Assembly (NCBI GenBank): GCA_051453625.1
Contig: JBOZIK010000001.1
Span: forward strand, 14,164,506 to 14,211,959
Length of the DNA stretch: 47,454 bases
Direction of reading: 5' to 3'
From: Welwitschia mirabilis
Taxonomy: Eukaryota
The translations under genes and the position numbers were made by a program. Positions 22,500 through 36,129 of the stretch are shown here, piece after piece (the first letter of the stretch is position 1; the number at the start of each line of letters is the position of its first letter). A model generated the notes under the pieces. The model searched no databases. It saw nothing but the letters and a program-made list of their open reading frames with translations, and had not been told where the DNA came from.

Positions 22500-24500
22500 T
22501 TAGATGAGTAACATGGATATAAACAATCCATCCAAATTATGCATTTCAACTTTGAATGAATTAGAATTTTAAAATGATATGATCCATCAACTTAAGGAAT
22601 AGACTTATATAGAATTAACATTCATCTTTTGTTAGTGCCACTCAAGGCACATTAAATGATTTAAAAAATGACTCTAATAGTAATTCTGATTATTTTATTT
22701 TACCTAATAAATAAGATTTCTCCTCATGCTATACCTTTCTTTAAGTTCTAGTTTATATCCCACATCTTCTTGTTCTACCCTATAAATAATATCTATTTTG
22801 AGAAATGAAAATTTTTTAATGGAACAGGTTTGATATTTTCCATAAAATGTTTTTTATATTAAACTAGCATATAGCTCAATGGTGCAAAGGGCTATTAACA
22901 TTCACTCTTTTATGCATAAACATGCTATTCTTATTATTTAAAAATGGGATCATGATTTTAATGTGAGTCATCCTAAGCCTTTGATATTTTTTTATATGGT
23001 TAAACTTCCAAATCTACCTTTGATTTTTAAACCATCAGAATAGGATATTATTATCCTTCTTGGTACTATTCTTCATTTTAAAAATGATTTTCTATTGGAG
23101 GTATTTCTTAATAATACTTTATTAGTGTAAACCTTGTTATGAAAAAGAAAATCCTAATATTCAAAATAAGTGGTGCAATCTTATATCAGCCTCAGATTTA
23201 TTTTAATATTCCAAATTCTAGTAATTATTATGACTGTAAAGGTTATCTTTTTAAAACTTACTCTTTTTTGAAGAAGAAACTAGAAATAAAGTTTCTTCAG
23301 TATGTAACTTAAGATTTCGAGTTAATTATTTCTTGTCTCTAAATAATGATTTTAATAAATAACCTATATCATAGATTCAATAAAATGCTTTAAGATAAAA
23401 AATCCTTACTTTAAGGATCCTTTGTAAGAACATTCTAGATTCATTTAAAATTCTTATTATAGATTAATAGAGTTTTATTTTGGTGGGATTAAAAAAATGG
23501 TGATAGTTATCCTAGCATTTAGAATAGAAAGAAAGATGGAATACACTTTCTTTTATCTTGGAAAAATTATTTTTAGATAGTGTTTCTATTTTTAATACTT
23601 TTTCTACATTGACTTTGGATATGGATATTAATTCATAATTACATACTAATTTATCAAAGATTCATAGATTCATTCCTCATTTCACATTCTCATTATTAAA
23701 TGTCTTAGGCCTCATAGACAATCTTTGTAGAAAATGTATTAGTTTTTATCTTCATTTTATTACACCTACTAATGTTATTCTTCTCTAAGAAATTAAGATT
23801 TCTAGATTCTTCTCATGAGCATTTTATCCATAATGGATTTCATATTTTCATTGTTATTCTAAAGGTAAAGGGACTTTTCTATTATTTTCTATCCTAGATG
23901 TAAGCCATCTTTATGATCTTTCAGTTAAGATAGTGACCAAACAAGTATGTGGTTATCTTTACTTCTTATTTGGAAGCTTTGGTATTTATTTTATTTATGT
24001 TTTAATGATTTTAAGAGTCATTGCATTTTAGGACAACAAGTATCTTTGAGGATTCCTAATGTTCTTCAAATTTTCAGAAGATATTTTAATATGTTAAAGC
24101 TTTAAATGATAAAATAGATGGTATATTTCAATTTATAAAAGCTTTAGAATATTTAGCTTAAATGAATCTAAGGATCAATTGTATTTAAGTCATAGAAGAA
24201 ACTAATTTAATTCCACATCTACTTAACTGACTTTTACTTAAACTAGTTACATGTCTAATTTTATTTGCATCCAAAGCAAAATAGACTAGATTTATGTTAT
24301 AGCTATTATCTTTTGGTTTATCCATTTTTAAAATATTAATGGATGGAATTTTATCAAATCACTTTTTAATATTCTTAGGTATTAACTTTTATAGTACTAA
24401 TCATTCTAAAAATTAATCTCTCTTTTGGTTGCATTATTAAGCAATTACTTAGAAGGAAGATAAAAAGCATATCAAGATTTTATAAAATATAGAGTCTTGT
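22500..24500 (+). mobile_element. Highly degenerate LINE 5' part (ORF1-like)
   Basis: 'VKLPNLPLIF' (~22998-23027) resembles the DUF4283-adjacent WVRLPNLPL motif and is preceded by 'ILII*KWDHDF'. Downstream sequence is barely readable. Confidence 0.4.
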
Positions 24501-24564
24501 CTCCCTTGATTTTTTAATTATTTTGATTAATAACACTACACTATTAAGTTATAATTTTCCAAGT

Positions 24565-25763
24565 TGATGTTAAACTGACATTTTCTGGTATGACAAAGTG
24601 TGTGTGTGTGTGTATTCCTTATAGAAAATATTAATCCTTATAAGTTAGAAGCAGTAAACATTTATCAATAGCCTGACTTGAACTTGATAAGTTATAGTCC
24701 CTCAAAGAGGTCAACTTGATTCCTAAGGGTTGACCAAACTTATAACAAGAAGTGTCAAAAGTAGATTACTAAGGGGTCAAATCAATTCCTGAGGGTTCAA
24801 CCAAACTTGTATAATAATTTGTCACATCTAATCATCAAGGATTGACCAAATTCCTGAAGGATCAATTGGATCTAGAGTCAAAATGTTTTCATATTTTTCA
24901 TTAAAGGGTTGATAGGATTCTTGAGGGATCAACCAGATTTGGGATAAACACGTTGTTTTACACTTTTATTCATATAGAATCAACTAAACCCAAATGTCGT
25001 GGACCAGATATGTGATCAACTAGATACCAAATGGGATTGATTGAACATGGAGACATAAAAAGATTGGAATAACCGAAAGAAAATGAGGGTGACCGACTTT
25101 AGTGACAATACTCAAGGGGGTCAATCATACATTTCACAAGGCTAACTGGTAAAGACATATCCTCCTGTTTTTATCTGTTGGAGAATTAGATTTACTTGTA
25201 AAACCCTAAAATGTATTTCCTATATATTTCTCAACCATCAAAATCATTGTACTTCTTTCACTTAACCAAAAATTGAATGAGCATTCTTTTAGTTATTTGT
25301 TATTTGGTCAATTAGTTTACACTGTACGTACTTGGATTTGTGATATCATCACTGACAATGTAGTACTATTATCATTGTACTTTATATCTAGTGAAGATTA
25401 TGCATTGTTGCATACTATTGACACTAAAACACATTCTTTCTAAAGGTTTAGATTGAGCATTTGAAAAGTCTGATTTTAAAAGGTTATAGGTAAATCTAAA
25501 ATACCTAAAATGTGAATAATTAAGATCCAGATCAGTCTTAGGTAGAAGCTAATCACCAAGAGTAGAGTAGGGTGTTTTCTGAATCCTTATAAATTATGTA
25601 TCAATATCCATTGGTATTTTATGTTTTTAGTTATTGTCTTTTAGATTATTTTTAGTATTTCATATGCATAAATATTTTTAATATTCATTACTTATAGAGA
25701 TAATTTTTCAATTTATTTAGTTTTAAATCCTATTCATCCCCCTATAGGATTCTACATCCTTCA
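24565..25763 (+). repeat. 5' LTR of a Sirevirus-type (SIRE/Maximus) Copia element
   Basis: The LTR ends ...CCTATTCATCCCCCTATAGG...TTCA, matching the Sirevirus U5 C-rich motif. Repeated palindrome-like motifs lie at 24709-24940 and a TATA-like element at ~25221. The start is approximate. Confidence 0.7.
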
Positions 25764-25765
25764 CT

Positions 25766-25777
25766 TAGTATCGGAAC
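25766..25777 (+). other. Primer-binding site (tRNA-iMet), decayed
   Basis: TAGTATCGGAAC matches the canonical TGGTATCAGAGC at 9/12 and begins 2 nt after the LTR-terminal CA. Confidence 0.75.
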
Positions 25778-25829
25778 TAGGCTGAGTCATTAGTATATCC
25801 TATTAGATCTAGATTTCTGAACCGTAAAT

Positions 25830-28800
25830 ATGAGTAATCCTTTTGATGGCCTCTCTACTAGAATACCGCCCATGTTTGATGAATAAACTATGCCTACTGG
25901 AAGGCTTATATGAAAATCATTCTTAGATTATTAGATATAGACGTAGAAGAGGTAATATCAATGTACATGTTATGCCCACACTATCCAAAATTGATACTAA
26001 TGAAACCACCATAGTGGCAGAAAAATCTCCAGATTAATAAACCCCTACCGACAAAGCCAAATCTACCCTAAATGCTTATTCTCTTAATGCTATTTTTTGT
26101 GCAAGGTGTGTAGATGAATTCAAGAGGATTGTAAACTGTAAACATGCTAAAGAAACTTGGCATATTCTTGAAATAGCACATAAAGGAGCATCCACTGTAA
26201 AGTAAGCAAAGCTACATATGCTTATCTCCAAGTTCGAAGATATTTGCATGAAAGAAGAGCAGATTCTATAAGAGTTCTTTACTAGAATGATTGACATCAT
26301 AAACTCTATAGCAAGTCTAAGTAAGAAAATGGATAAAAGAACGGTTGTAAAAAAGTTCTAAAATGTCTCTTAAAATGCTTTAAGTCAAAGGTCACAGCCA
26401 TCAACGAAAGAAAGAACATCAATCAAATGGAACTTAAGGAACTTCAAGCTAATCTTCAAACTTAGTAGTCAAGATTTTCTAAAGATAAAAAGGAAAGTCT
26501 TCTGTTAAAAAGTATGCAAGAAGAGTCCAAATTTGAAAAATTGGATGAAGACTTGATGAAGAGGAGATTGCTCTTTTGACAACAAAAAATTCTTACATAA
26601 AAGAAAGAAAGAAGGTAATCAAATAAGAGATCAAAGAGGGATTATTCAAGACTAAGAAGAGATCTAGAAAAAGAAAAAAAAATCCAAAGTTATGCCTATA
26701 AGAGATATGAACATATTATAAACAGATGTCCAAACAATAGAAGATATTAGAGCAAATCCAAGACATCATCATTTATTGCCACCTGGGATAATGTAGATAA
26801 GGAAGATGACAGTAGCTCAAGCTAAAAGTCAAATGGAGATAAAAGACTTTATTTTATGGTAATAGTCCCTTCCATAAAGAACATGCCTTACTTAACAGAA
26901 CCAAATGATTTAGATTATATTAGAGAAGCTTAAAAGGAACTTGAAGATATCTATTAAGAGCTTTATTCAAAATGTGAAAATTTGGTGAAATAAATCAATG
27001 AACTAAACAAGATAGTAAAGGCTATAACAAAGGAAAAGGAAGAGTTAGAGACAAAGTATAGGATGGTTCAAACAAAAAACTCTAAACTTACTCAAGAGGT
27101 AAAAAGTTTGTCTCACTTTGTAAATAAATTTTCAAATAATTCAAGTAAATTAGAACAAATGCTTGGGATATGAAGACCAGTTTATGATAAGAAAGGTATT
27201 GGATTCATCTCATAAAAACCATAAAATTAGTCAAATTAGGTAACATGGAAAAATAACTATATGTCATAAATTATGTTTCAATTTTATAGAAAGACGGGTT
27301 ATTCAAAATTATTTTGCAATGCTAAAAAGTTAATGCTGTTTTTAAATTCTATTAGTACTTTTCCATTTAAATTTGTCCAAAGGAAATGTGTACCCCAATA
27401 ATCCAAATGGACTAAGTGGATAAGGGCTAATAATTTATAAAGTTTATTAATTCAAACAACCTTTAAAGTATTAAATGAAAATAGCTAGTACTTGGATAGT
27501 GATTACTCTTGATACATGATACGTAATAAATCAAGATTCTAACATTTAAATAACTTTGATGAAGCAAAAGTAACATTTGTTGACAACAAAAAAGTAAAGA
27601 TTGAAGGTATTAGAAGCATCAGTGAAGGTAATATGCCAAAAATTAATAAAGTTTTATATGTGAATGGTCTTAAACTTAATTTGCTAAGTATTAGTCAAAT
27701 TTGTTAAGGTCATAAAGTTATTTTTGATAATCAAAGGTGTGAAGTTAGACATGGTAAAAAAAATGATATACTTCTTAAAGCAAATAGAATAGATAATGTT
27801 TATAGGCTTGATCAGTCTTTATCTACTTATTATTTTTATCATATAAATCAAGAAGAATTATGGCACTAATGATTAGGACATGTAAACTATGATTATCTCA
27901 AAAATATCATTAAAAAAAAGATTGTGAAAGAAATTCCCAAGATTGACATTAAAAAACATGGGCTTTGTGATGCTCGTCAACAAAAAAAATAAGTTAGGAT
28001 TTCTCATAAAAGTAAAAACATAGCCTTCTCAATAATGCCACTTGAACTCATTTACATGGACTTAGTGGGTTTGGCCCAAACTAAAAGTCTAGGAGGAAAA
28101 TGATATTTTCTAACCATGGTTGATAACTACTTTAGATTTACTTGGATTGCTTTCTTAGGAAGAAAAGCTAAAACTTTTAAAAGTTCCATTGAAGTTTGTA
28201 ATAAAATTCAAAATGAGAAAGGACACACTATTAAAAAAATTAGAAGTAACCATGGAAGAGAATTCGAAAATCATCTTTTTAAGAAGTATTGTGTAGACAA
28301 TGGTATAGAACATCAGTTCTCAGTCTCAAAGAATTTTCAACAAAATGGAATTATAGATAGAAAAAACCGAGTCCTTCAAAAAAGGATAAGAACAATGTTA
28401 AATGATAAGAAAGTTTCTAAAGCTTTTTGGGCTGAAGCAGTAAGCACTTCTTACTACATTATCAAAAGAGTCTATCTAAGACTAGGCATGGATAAAACCC
28501 CCTATGAGCTTTGGAAAGAAAGAAAACCAAATGTTTCATATTTTAAAATCTTTGGAAGTAAATGATTTATCTTAAGATATAGAAAACATTTAAGTAAATT
28601 TAAGTCCAAAGCTGATGAAGCAATATTTTTGAGATACTCAACTAGAAGTAAAGCCTATCAAGTTTTCAACAAATAAAGTCTAATAGTGGAAGAATCTATA
28701 AATGTTCAAATAGATGACTTTAACATAAGAATTCTTCCTTCAAATGTTGAATAAAATATAACTCCAAGCACCTTCACAATAAAAGAAGTAACAATCAAAA

Positions 28801-28890
28801 AGGAAAAAGAGTCACCTCAAGAAGTTACTTCTAAAAAGTTTAAAGATCTAGAAGATCATCCACTATAGTATATCATTGGAGATGTTAGCT
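25830..28890 (+). pseudogene. Copia gag-protease-integrase pseudogene, truncated before RT
   Basis: MSNPFDGLSTRIPPMFD..NYAYWKAYM (gag, from 25830); zinc knuckle at ~26688-26732; '*YLDSDYS*YM' (protease WYLDSGCSRHM) at ~27486; 'LWH**LGHVN' at ~27858; 'PLELIYMDLVG' at ~28038; rve ORF 28116-28565 (IRSNHGREF, QQNG..DRKNR, FWAEAV, TPYELW); 'DHP...IIGD' at ~28854-28882. The sequence after that is unrelated. Confidence 0.93.
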
Positions 28891-29338
28891 CAAATAAGAA
28901 AATAATTCTTTCTTTCCTTCTTTGTTAATTAGATCAATATTATGTATTATCTAGATCCAAAATAAACAAGGAAAGATCTTATATTTTTTTTGTATCTAGA
29001 AGTTATCAATGGTTTTCTCTTTAACCTTAATCTATAATTTAGCTAATAATAAATATTTTCAAAGTTTTGGAAATTCTATTTTCATTTTGTAGATCTCTTG
29101 TAGACCTTTGAAAGTGGATTTTACAAAAGCTTCAAAAAAAAGATAAATAAATGAAAACTTTAATAGATTTCAATCATAGGTACATTTATGGTATTTAAAT
29201 CCATTCTTACCCTCCCTCCCTCCCCCATTCCCCCACACTCTCTCTATTCTTACCCTCTTTTTTTCACTTNNNNNNNNNNNNNNNNNNNNNNNNNNNNNNN
29301 NNNNNNNNNNNNNNNNNNNNNNNNNNNNNNNNNNNNNN

Positions 29339-29432
29339 ATACATACATATATACATATATACATATATATATATGTATGCATGTGTCCATGTGCATACCA
29401 ATACACACATATATAAACATATATATACACAC
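29339..29432. repeat. (AT/AC)-rich compound microsatellite next to a gap
   Basis: atacatacatatatacatatat... run. Confidence 0.9.
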
Positions 29433-31286
29433 TATGATCCTTCCAAACAAGGTTATAATAAACTAGAGACAATTTTATGAAGTTATATATGATTGACTTG
29501 TATTATTTAGGAACGTTTTACTAGATTATTCTAGAGTATCTCTTATCTTCTTAAAAAAATAGGTGATTTTGATTTTATATATTATTTTGATTAGGTTTAT
29601 ATTTTAGGTAGAAAATGCATTTTACATATTGTTTATGTTCCTGGTCATGTAATATCATTAGTTTTGAATAGATCGACTGCATATTTTTCCAAATAGAATC
29701 ATACTTAAAAAGGTATTTGTATTGTGAATTTATAATCTAGCCCAACAAAATTAAAACCATAGAAACTTAACATGGAAATCCATCAACCATACATTAATTA
29801 GCATAGAAACATTATTCTTTTATCGATGGTTTAAAAACTTGAAACATGGTGACTTCCTCTATCTCATGGTCCTTTGGCATGTCACTCTTTTAAGTTAGCA
29901 TCTAAATACTTCTAAATATGCATTATTTCAAGGGTAATGGCTTTAGTGGATAGATTTTCAAATTTTATATGGATTTATTTTAGCATAATTTTAATTAATT
30001 TGTAATGAAAAATATTTATGGGATTTCCTTAAATGATTTAGAGCAAGATCAAAAATATTGATTTAATTTCATTTAGAAATAGCTTACTATTCCAAAAGTG
30101 AGACTTTTTATTTGGTACCTCTTACATTGGTGGATTTTATTAGTACTATTTACTTTATTTAAAACATTTCTTAGTACTATTTCCTTATTATGGTTTGGAT
30201 GAAATTTTTTATTAGACTTTTTATGAATGTAATTATGAAACTTCTATTTGGTTATGAGTATCTCGATCTAGCTAGATTGGAAATACTTTGTTTTAGTGAT
30301 GATTCTTATTTGAATCCTCCTCAAGTCCTTTTGTGGAAGTGCATTTATCTTATTGAACCGTATCAAATATGAAAACACCATGATGTAATCACATTCCATT
30401 AAAAAAAAAAAATTACTATGACAATATCACATTATCACATTACTCATTACTTTTTTAATCACAATACTATCAAATTGCTCATGTAGGTTTTTAATTACAT
30501 TAAACTCATATAGAAAATACTTTCAAATTCTTTCAACACATCAAGTGCTTATTCATTAAAGAAATCAAGCTACTTAGCATTTATTTATGCTATCAGCATA
30601 GCTTGATGGCATTAGAAACATCATATTTATGAAGTTGTATAAAGTAGAACAAGTCTTATGCATATTTTAAAAAGTAAAAACTTACAATTTTTAGAAGATA
30701 TTGGAAGGGAAAGAGTGGGAGACTTAGGTAGTATTTATTGCGAAAAAGATAACGAGGAAGAGATTGCACACTCTATAATGGCCTAGATAAGAGTCCTAGA
30801 GAAAGACACTGGGCAAAGAAAAGATGTAGATAATGCCATTTCATTTCATAAAATTCTTAGTCATGAAAGCATTACTTTGTTGCAGAAGTCCTATGAGAAA
30901 TAACGTTAAGTTAATACTAAGACCAAATAATGCTAATGATTCTAGAACCTAGCTTATCATTAAATGTTGATTAATTTTTAGTGCTTGGGTTTTTTATCTT
31001 TTAATAAATAGTAAGTAAATAACTAAGAAAGATAATACGTACCACAGAAGTAAGTTATAGAAATTCATCCATAGGTCTAAATCAGAAAGCCATGAATCCA
31101 AAATCTCAAATCGATGGTTATGTATTTCTTTTAAGTTGTTAAGAAAGGTAATTCAAATAAAATGAAGTTTTTTTAAAAATATGTCAAATATATTATTGTA
31201 TGAGTAATAAGGGACTTAGTAATTAATAAAAAGTTATAAGCACTATTCAAGGAGTATAACTCTTATAGAATAGATTTGAAACCTTT

Positions 31287-32531
31287 TGTTGTGATGCATA
31301 TTTATGCAATCCTTAAGTCCTGAAGTAAATCTTATAAATCATAAATGCTTGTATAAGACACACACTAGTATAGATCGAAGTTAACTGGAATGTCATAATC
31401 CATAGAAAGCACTAGGCAAGAAGTTAGAGAACTAATTTGACAAAGTATTTTTGTTCTTTTTTTATTAAGTAAATAAAAATAAAAAATAATGTAAAAATAC
31501 AATGCAAGATAAATGCTAATTCAATGCTTATAAATTAGATGCAAATGAAATAACTCTAAGTAATGAATCTATTTAATTACTAATCCTTCTATTATCAAGA
31601 TCGACCCATGTAACTTAGATTAATTAGGGAAAACTATCACTTAATCCTAACCAACATAAGCTATAAAGTACATCGAATAGAATATACATAAATGCAATTA
31701 TTATAACTATGAAAATACAAGATGGAATAAAATGAAAGTACTTAAAATAACAATATCAACCTATTAAAGTTGCTCTTATAACCTAGATCAACTATGAAAT
31801 TTTCATGGAATCATAATTAACATAAACCATAATGGAGATGCACATAATATAAATAAAGAAACTATTTCATTAATCTTGAAGAAAGAATCCACTTATAAAG
31901 CAGCAGCACTTCAATAGAGGATACACAATCCAACACCAAGAAAGACTTTTCTTTACAGCTAGGATGGATCTCTTGCCCTTTTATCTCCTGTCATAAGACT
32001 TTTAAGTATAAAATATGCTTTTAAAAGTAAGGTCAAGAAGGTATTTATAGTTTTTGTAAGGAAAATTCTAAAAACAAAACCTTAATGATCTAGGTGCATT
32101 AGTTTCTATAAAATAAATGTCATCCTGGCTATTTTCTAGATGATAATTAGGACTATGCCACATCACAAAAGATAATACATCAGCTTCTAGATCTAGTCCA
32201 AGTTAGCATTGTTTTTAACTCCTAATGTGCTATCATCTAGTACTGTCATTCGAACAATAATGGGGACATCATTCTTTTGAATTCTACAACTAAGTGAAAT
32301 TAGCCTTGTAGAACATTAGACTTCTCCTTAGAATGCTAAGTATCAAAATTTTCCTAAAATGTCTTAAAATGTGCTAAGGATTGCACATTTTCATGATCAT
32401 AAGAATTGCACATTTCCATGATCATTCCATTTGTTCTTCATAATCATTAAAAGTTTACTTAAACCTATCTAAATGTCCTACAAAAGTACTTAAAATATAC
32501 CATCAAATACATATGATTTAACATCACAATA
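31287..32531 (-). repeat. 3' LTR of the Athila-type element
   Basis: Collinear with 42316-43582; terminal inverted repeat tgttgtgatg/catcacaata; TATA CTATAAATA on the minus strand at ~32042-32050. Confidence 0.9.
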
Positions 32532-35500
32532 TAGCCCCCCACTTAGCCTTGTCAGTCTTTGACAAAGTAAGTAAATAACTATAAATTATAAACTAAATTA
32601 ACTAAGACAAATCGTAACCAGGGAAACATGAATTTAGTTCAAAACACTTATCGAGGATTAAATATTAAAATCTAATGAACTGGACATATTACCTTGATAG
32701 AATATGTGACCATACTATCATCTTATATGTCATCTAGATGACCATGAGGAGGATAGGCTTAAAAAATTAAAATAAAAATCAAGTGTCTTTAAACATAATC
32801 ATCAGAAAAATCAGAGTACTGCAATCTGTGTTACCTCCCATTTAAAATGTTTGTTACATTATAAAATAAAAATTTAATGCCATACACAAAAGCCATTATA
32901 AGATATAACTATGATAACTTAGAAAATGATGATATATATGTATAATTAAAATAGTTATAACTCAAAATGATGTGCATAAAACAATTAGTGAGTTTTAAGT
33001 ATAATCTACAAAAGATAAACACATAAAAAATAATCATAACATTACTTCCCTCATGGTGCTATAGTGAAGTCTATACCAGAGCTCATATATGGAGGTGGAG
33101 AAGGAGGTTGCTCCTCCTCAACTAGAAAGTGTGTACTGAGAGTCTACTACCTAGGGTGAGTTTTACTAAACAATACTCATAATGCATATCAGACAAATAA
33201 AATGAAATCATAACTAGACTAGCACATCATATATATGTATCATGAAAGCTTAAAATAATCCCCCATAATTAAAATTATTATTTAAAAATATCTCAAAAAT
33301 ATGTTCTTCTCATTACATATGAATCATACATCATGTATTCAATATTTATAAGAAGAAAAAGATAAGAGCACATTTTAAGTGTTGTCCACCAATGTCATCA
33401 AGATGACCAAGTAGATGACAAGCTTCTAAGAAAGATTGGTAGAAAGTAAAATATAGGTAAGGTAAGATAGTTAATGACAACAATGATGAGACTTTAGAAA
33501 ATCATCATGAAGTCTAAGAGATAGGTAAAAGCTAGGAGGTAAAGGAGTTAAAGTTTGAAAGAACTCAAGGTAAGATAAAAAGGATGTCAGGATAGGGCAA
33601 TGATAATGCACTAAGTAGATAGAAGCGATGCTAGGGGAAATCCTCAAATGTGATTGAACTTAAAATCATTTAAAATTACCAACTGGTGTATGGAAATACA
33701 AAAATATGCTAAAAAAAGTTAACCTTAATAGATAAAAACACAAGTAAAATAAAACAACAAGAAATCTACTAAATGATGAAGTCCTAAGTCTTTTGATGAA
33801 AAAGTAAGGAAATTACTTTAAAATACCAAGTAAAATGACTAGGGAAAACAAAAAGTAAAAATGGACAACTAGGAACATGAAGAAGATTATTTACTTACCT
33901 TAAATTCTAAGCTAGCAAAGTCCCTTAGTAGAACTTATAAAATTAGTTGATTAATGATGCATGACATAATGTAAAAACTTTATAAAGTACTACTTATATA
34001 GGCAATGATTATGAAAAGGCTAAGTATATCTAATGTTTTTAATTAATAAATGGTAAGATCAAAACCTATTTAGAGATGGACTCACTTGCTTACATCAAAA
34101 AAAAAAACTAGAATGCAAAAAAGTAAAATGATCATGTGGAAGTACTATATGCACAACGAGTTTAGGAAAAAAGCAATTCCTTTGATGGAACCAGGGACAT
34201 AACTGATACTATAGCCTTAAAGTAAGAATTATTTCCATAATTAGGCAAGTGCAACCACTATTAAAGGAGTAAAGACTTATGAAGCATGTCCAATTGATCC
34301 CCTAATGGAGTTCCCATAGCTACCAATACTACTAGAGGCCCCTCTTAGAAAAATGTACCCTAGTATTATAGGACATATGTTGATCATATTTTTAGCTGAT
34401 ATACAAAATATCATGATCATATAAGCCAACATGACCATGTACTCTTAAAAACAAGGGTGAAGCAATGAGATGATAAATAGGGGAGGACATATACAAATAA
34501 CTAAAGGATTATACCATTAAGAGAAAATAAAAGAACCAATGCATCTTCCTTTAAAATGAAATTCATAGACATACGAATGTCTTAAGATTAGATAAATCCA
34601 ATCTTATCACTTTGAAATGCCTAAGTAAAAAGTTACTAGTTATGGTAACTTCATAAAGTAAAATACAAGTCAACTTAAAGATGTTTAAGTAATAGCATAA
34701 CATCTACTAAAGGAATCAACTAAGGAAGAATTCAAATAATAATAGAAGGAAGTCCTCCTCATTGAGGGAGAGCTTCAAGATAAGTGCTTTTATTATGTTT
34801 AAGATTTAATTAATAAATGCCTCATAGATTTTTAAGCTTTACTCATTAACTTTCTGAATTTTCCCAGTGTTTAGATTGAAGATTTCAACTAAGCAATTAT
34901 AATTTACTTTTTCTAAAATATAAGGACCTAATCATTTAGAGGTTAAATTGTTATGTAAAAGATGCACTTGGGTATTATACAATAGAACTAGTTAACCTAA
35001 CTTAAGGGATGATACATAAAAAAAAAAAAAAGCCAAGGATAGAGACATATCAACATAAAATAAGAAGGAAATACTCAAACAAGCTTAAAGTATTAAAAAA
35101 ATAAGTTTTTTTTCAAATTTAGTAATTTACTTAAAAGAAAAAGAAATTGTAATATTCCAAAATCACTTTTAATTAAGTGATTATTATTAAGTACAATTAA
35201 AGCACATTTAAGAATAACTATTGTGTAATGAAAGGGTGTGACCCTTGAATTTATAACATTATGTTCCTTCATCTTGTTTATAATCCTATGGTGTTAGGTA
35301 GGATGGATAAACTGGGTGGATGTAACTAATGACAACCTTAGCTGATCCCCAAGGGTCCTAAGAGGGGAACTCAGGTCATAGTCCACTTCTTTACCTTTAA
35401 CCNNNNNNNNNNNNNNNNNNNNNNNNNNNNNNNNNNNNNNNNNNNNNNNNNNNNNNNNNNNNNNNNNNNNNNNNNNNNNNNNNNNNNNNNNNNNNNNNNN

Positions 35501-36129
35501 NNNNNNNNNNNNNNNNNNNNNNNNNNNNNNNNNNNNNNNNNNNNNNNNNNNNNNNNNNNNNNNNNNNNNNNNNNNNNNNNNNNNNNNNNNNNNNNNNNNN
35601 NNNNNNNNNNNNNNNNNNNNNNNNNNNNNNNNNNNNNNNNNNNNNNNNNNNNNNNNNNNNNNNNNNNNNNNNNNNNNNNNNNNNNNNNNNNNNNNNNNNN
35701 NNNNNNNNNNNNNNNNNNNNNNNNNNNNNNNNNNNNNNNNNNNNNNNNNNNNNNNNNNNNNNNNNNNNNNNNNNNNNNNNNNNNNNNNNNNNNNNNNNNN
35801 NNNNNNNNNNNNNNNNNNNNNNNNNNNNNNNNNNNNNNNNNNNNNNNNNNNNNNNNNNNNNNNNNNNNNNNNNNNNNNNNNNNNNNNNNNNNNNNNNNNN
35901 NNNNNNNNNNNNNNNNNNNNNNNNNNNNNNNNNNNNNNNNNNNNNNNNNNNNNNNNNNNNNNNNNNNNNNNNNNNNNNNNNNNNNNNNNNNNNNNNNNNN
36001 NNNNNNNNNNNNNNNNNNNNNNNNNNNNNNNNNNNNNNNNNNNNNNNNNNNNNNNNNNNNNNNNNNNNNNNNNNNNNNNNNNNNNNNNNNNNNNNNNNNN
36101 NNNNNNNNNNNNNNNNNNNNAAAGATCCT

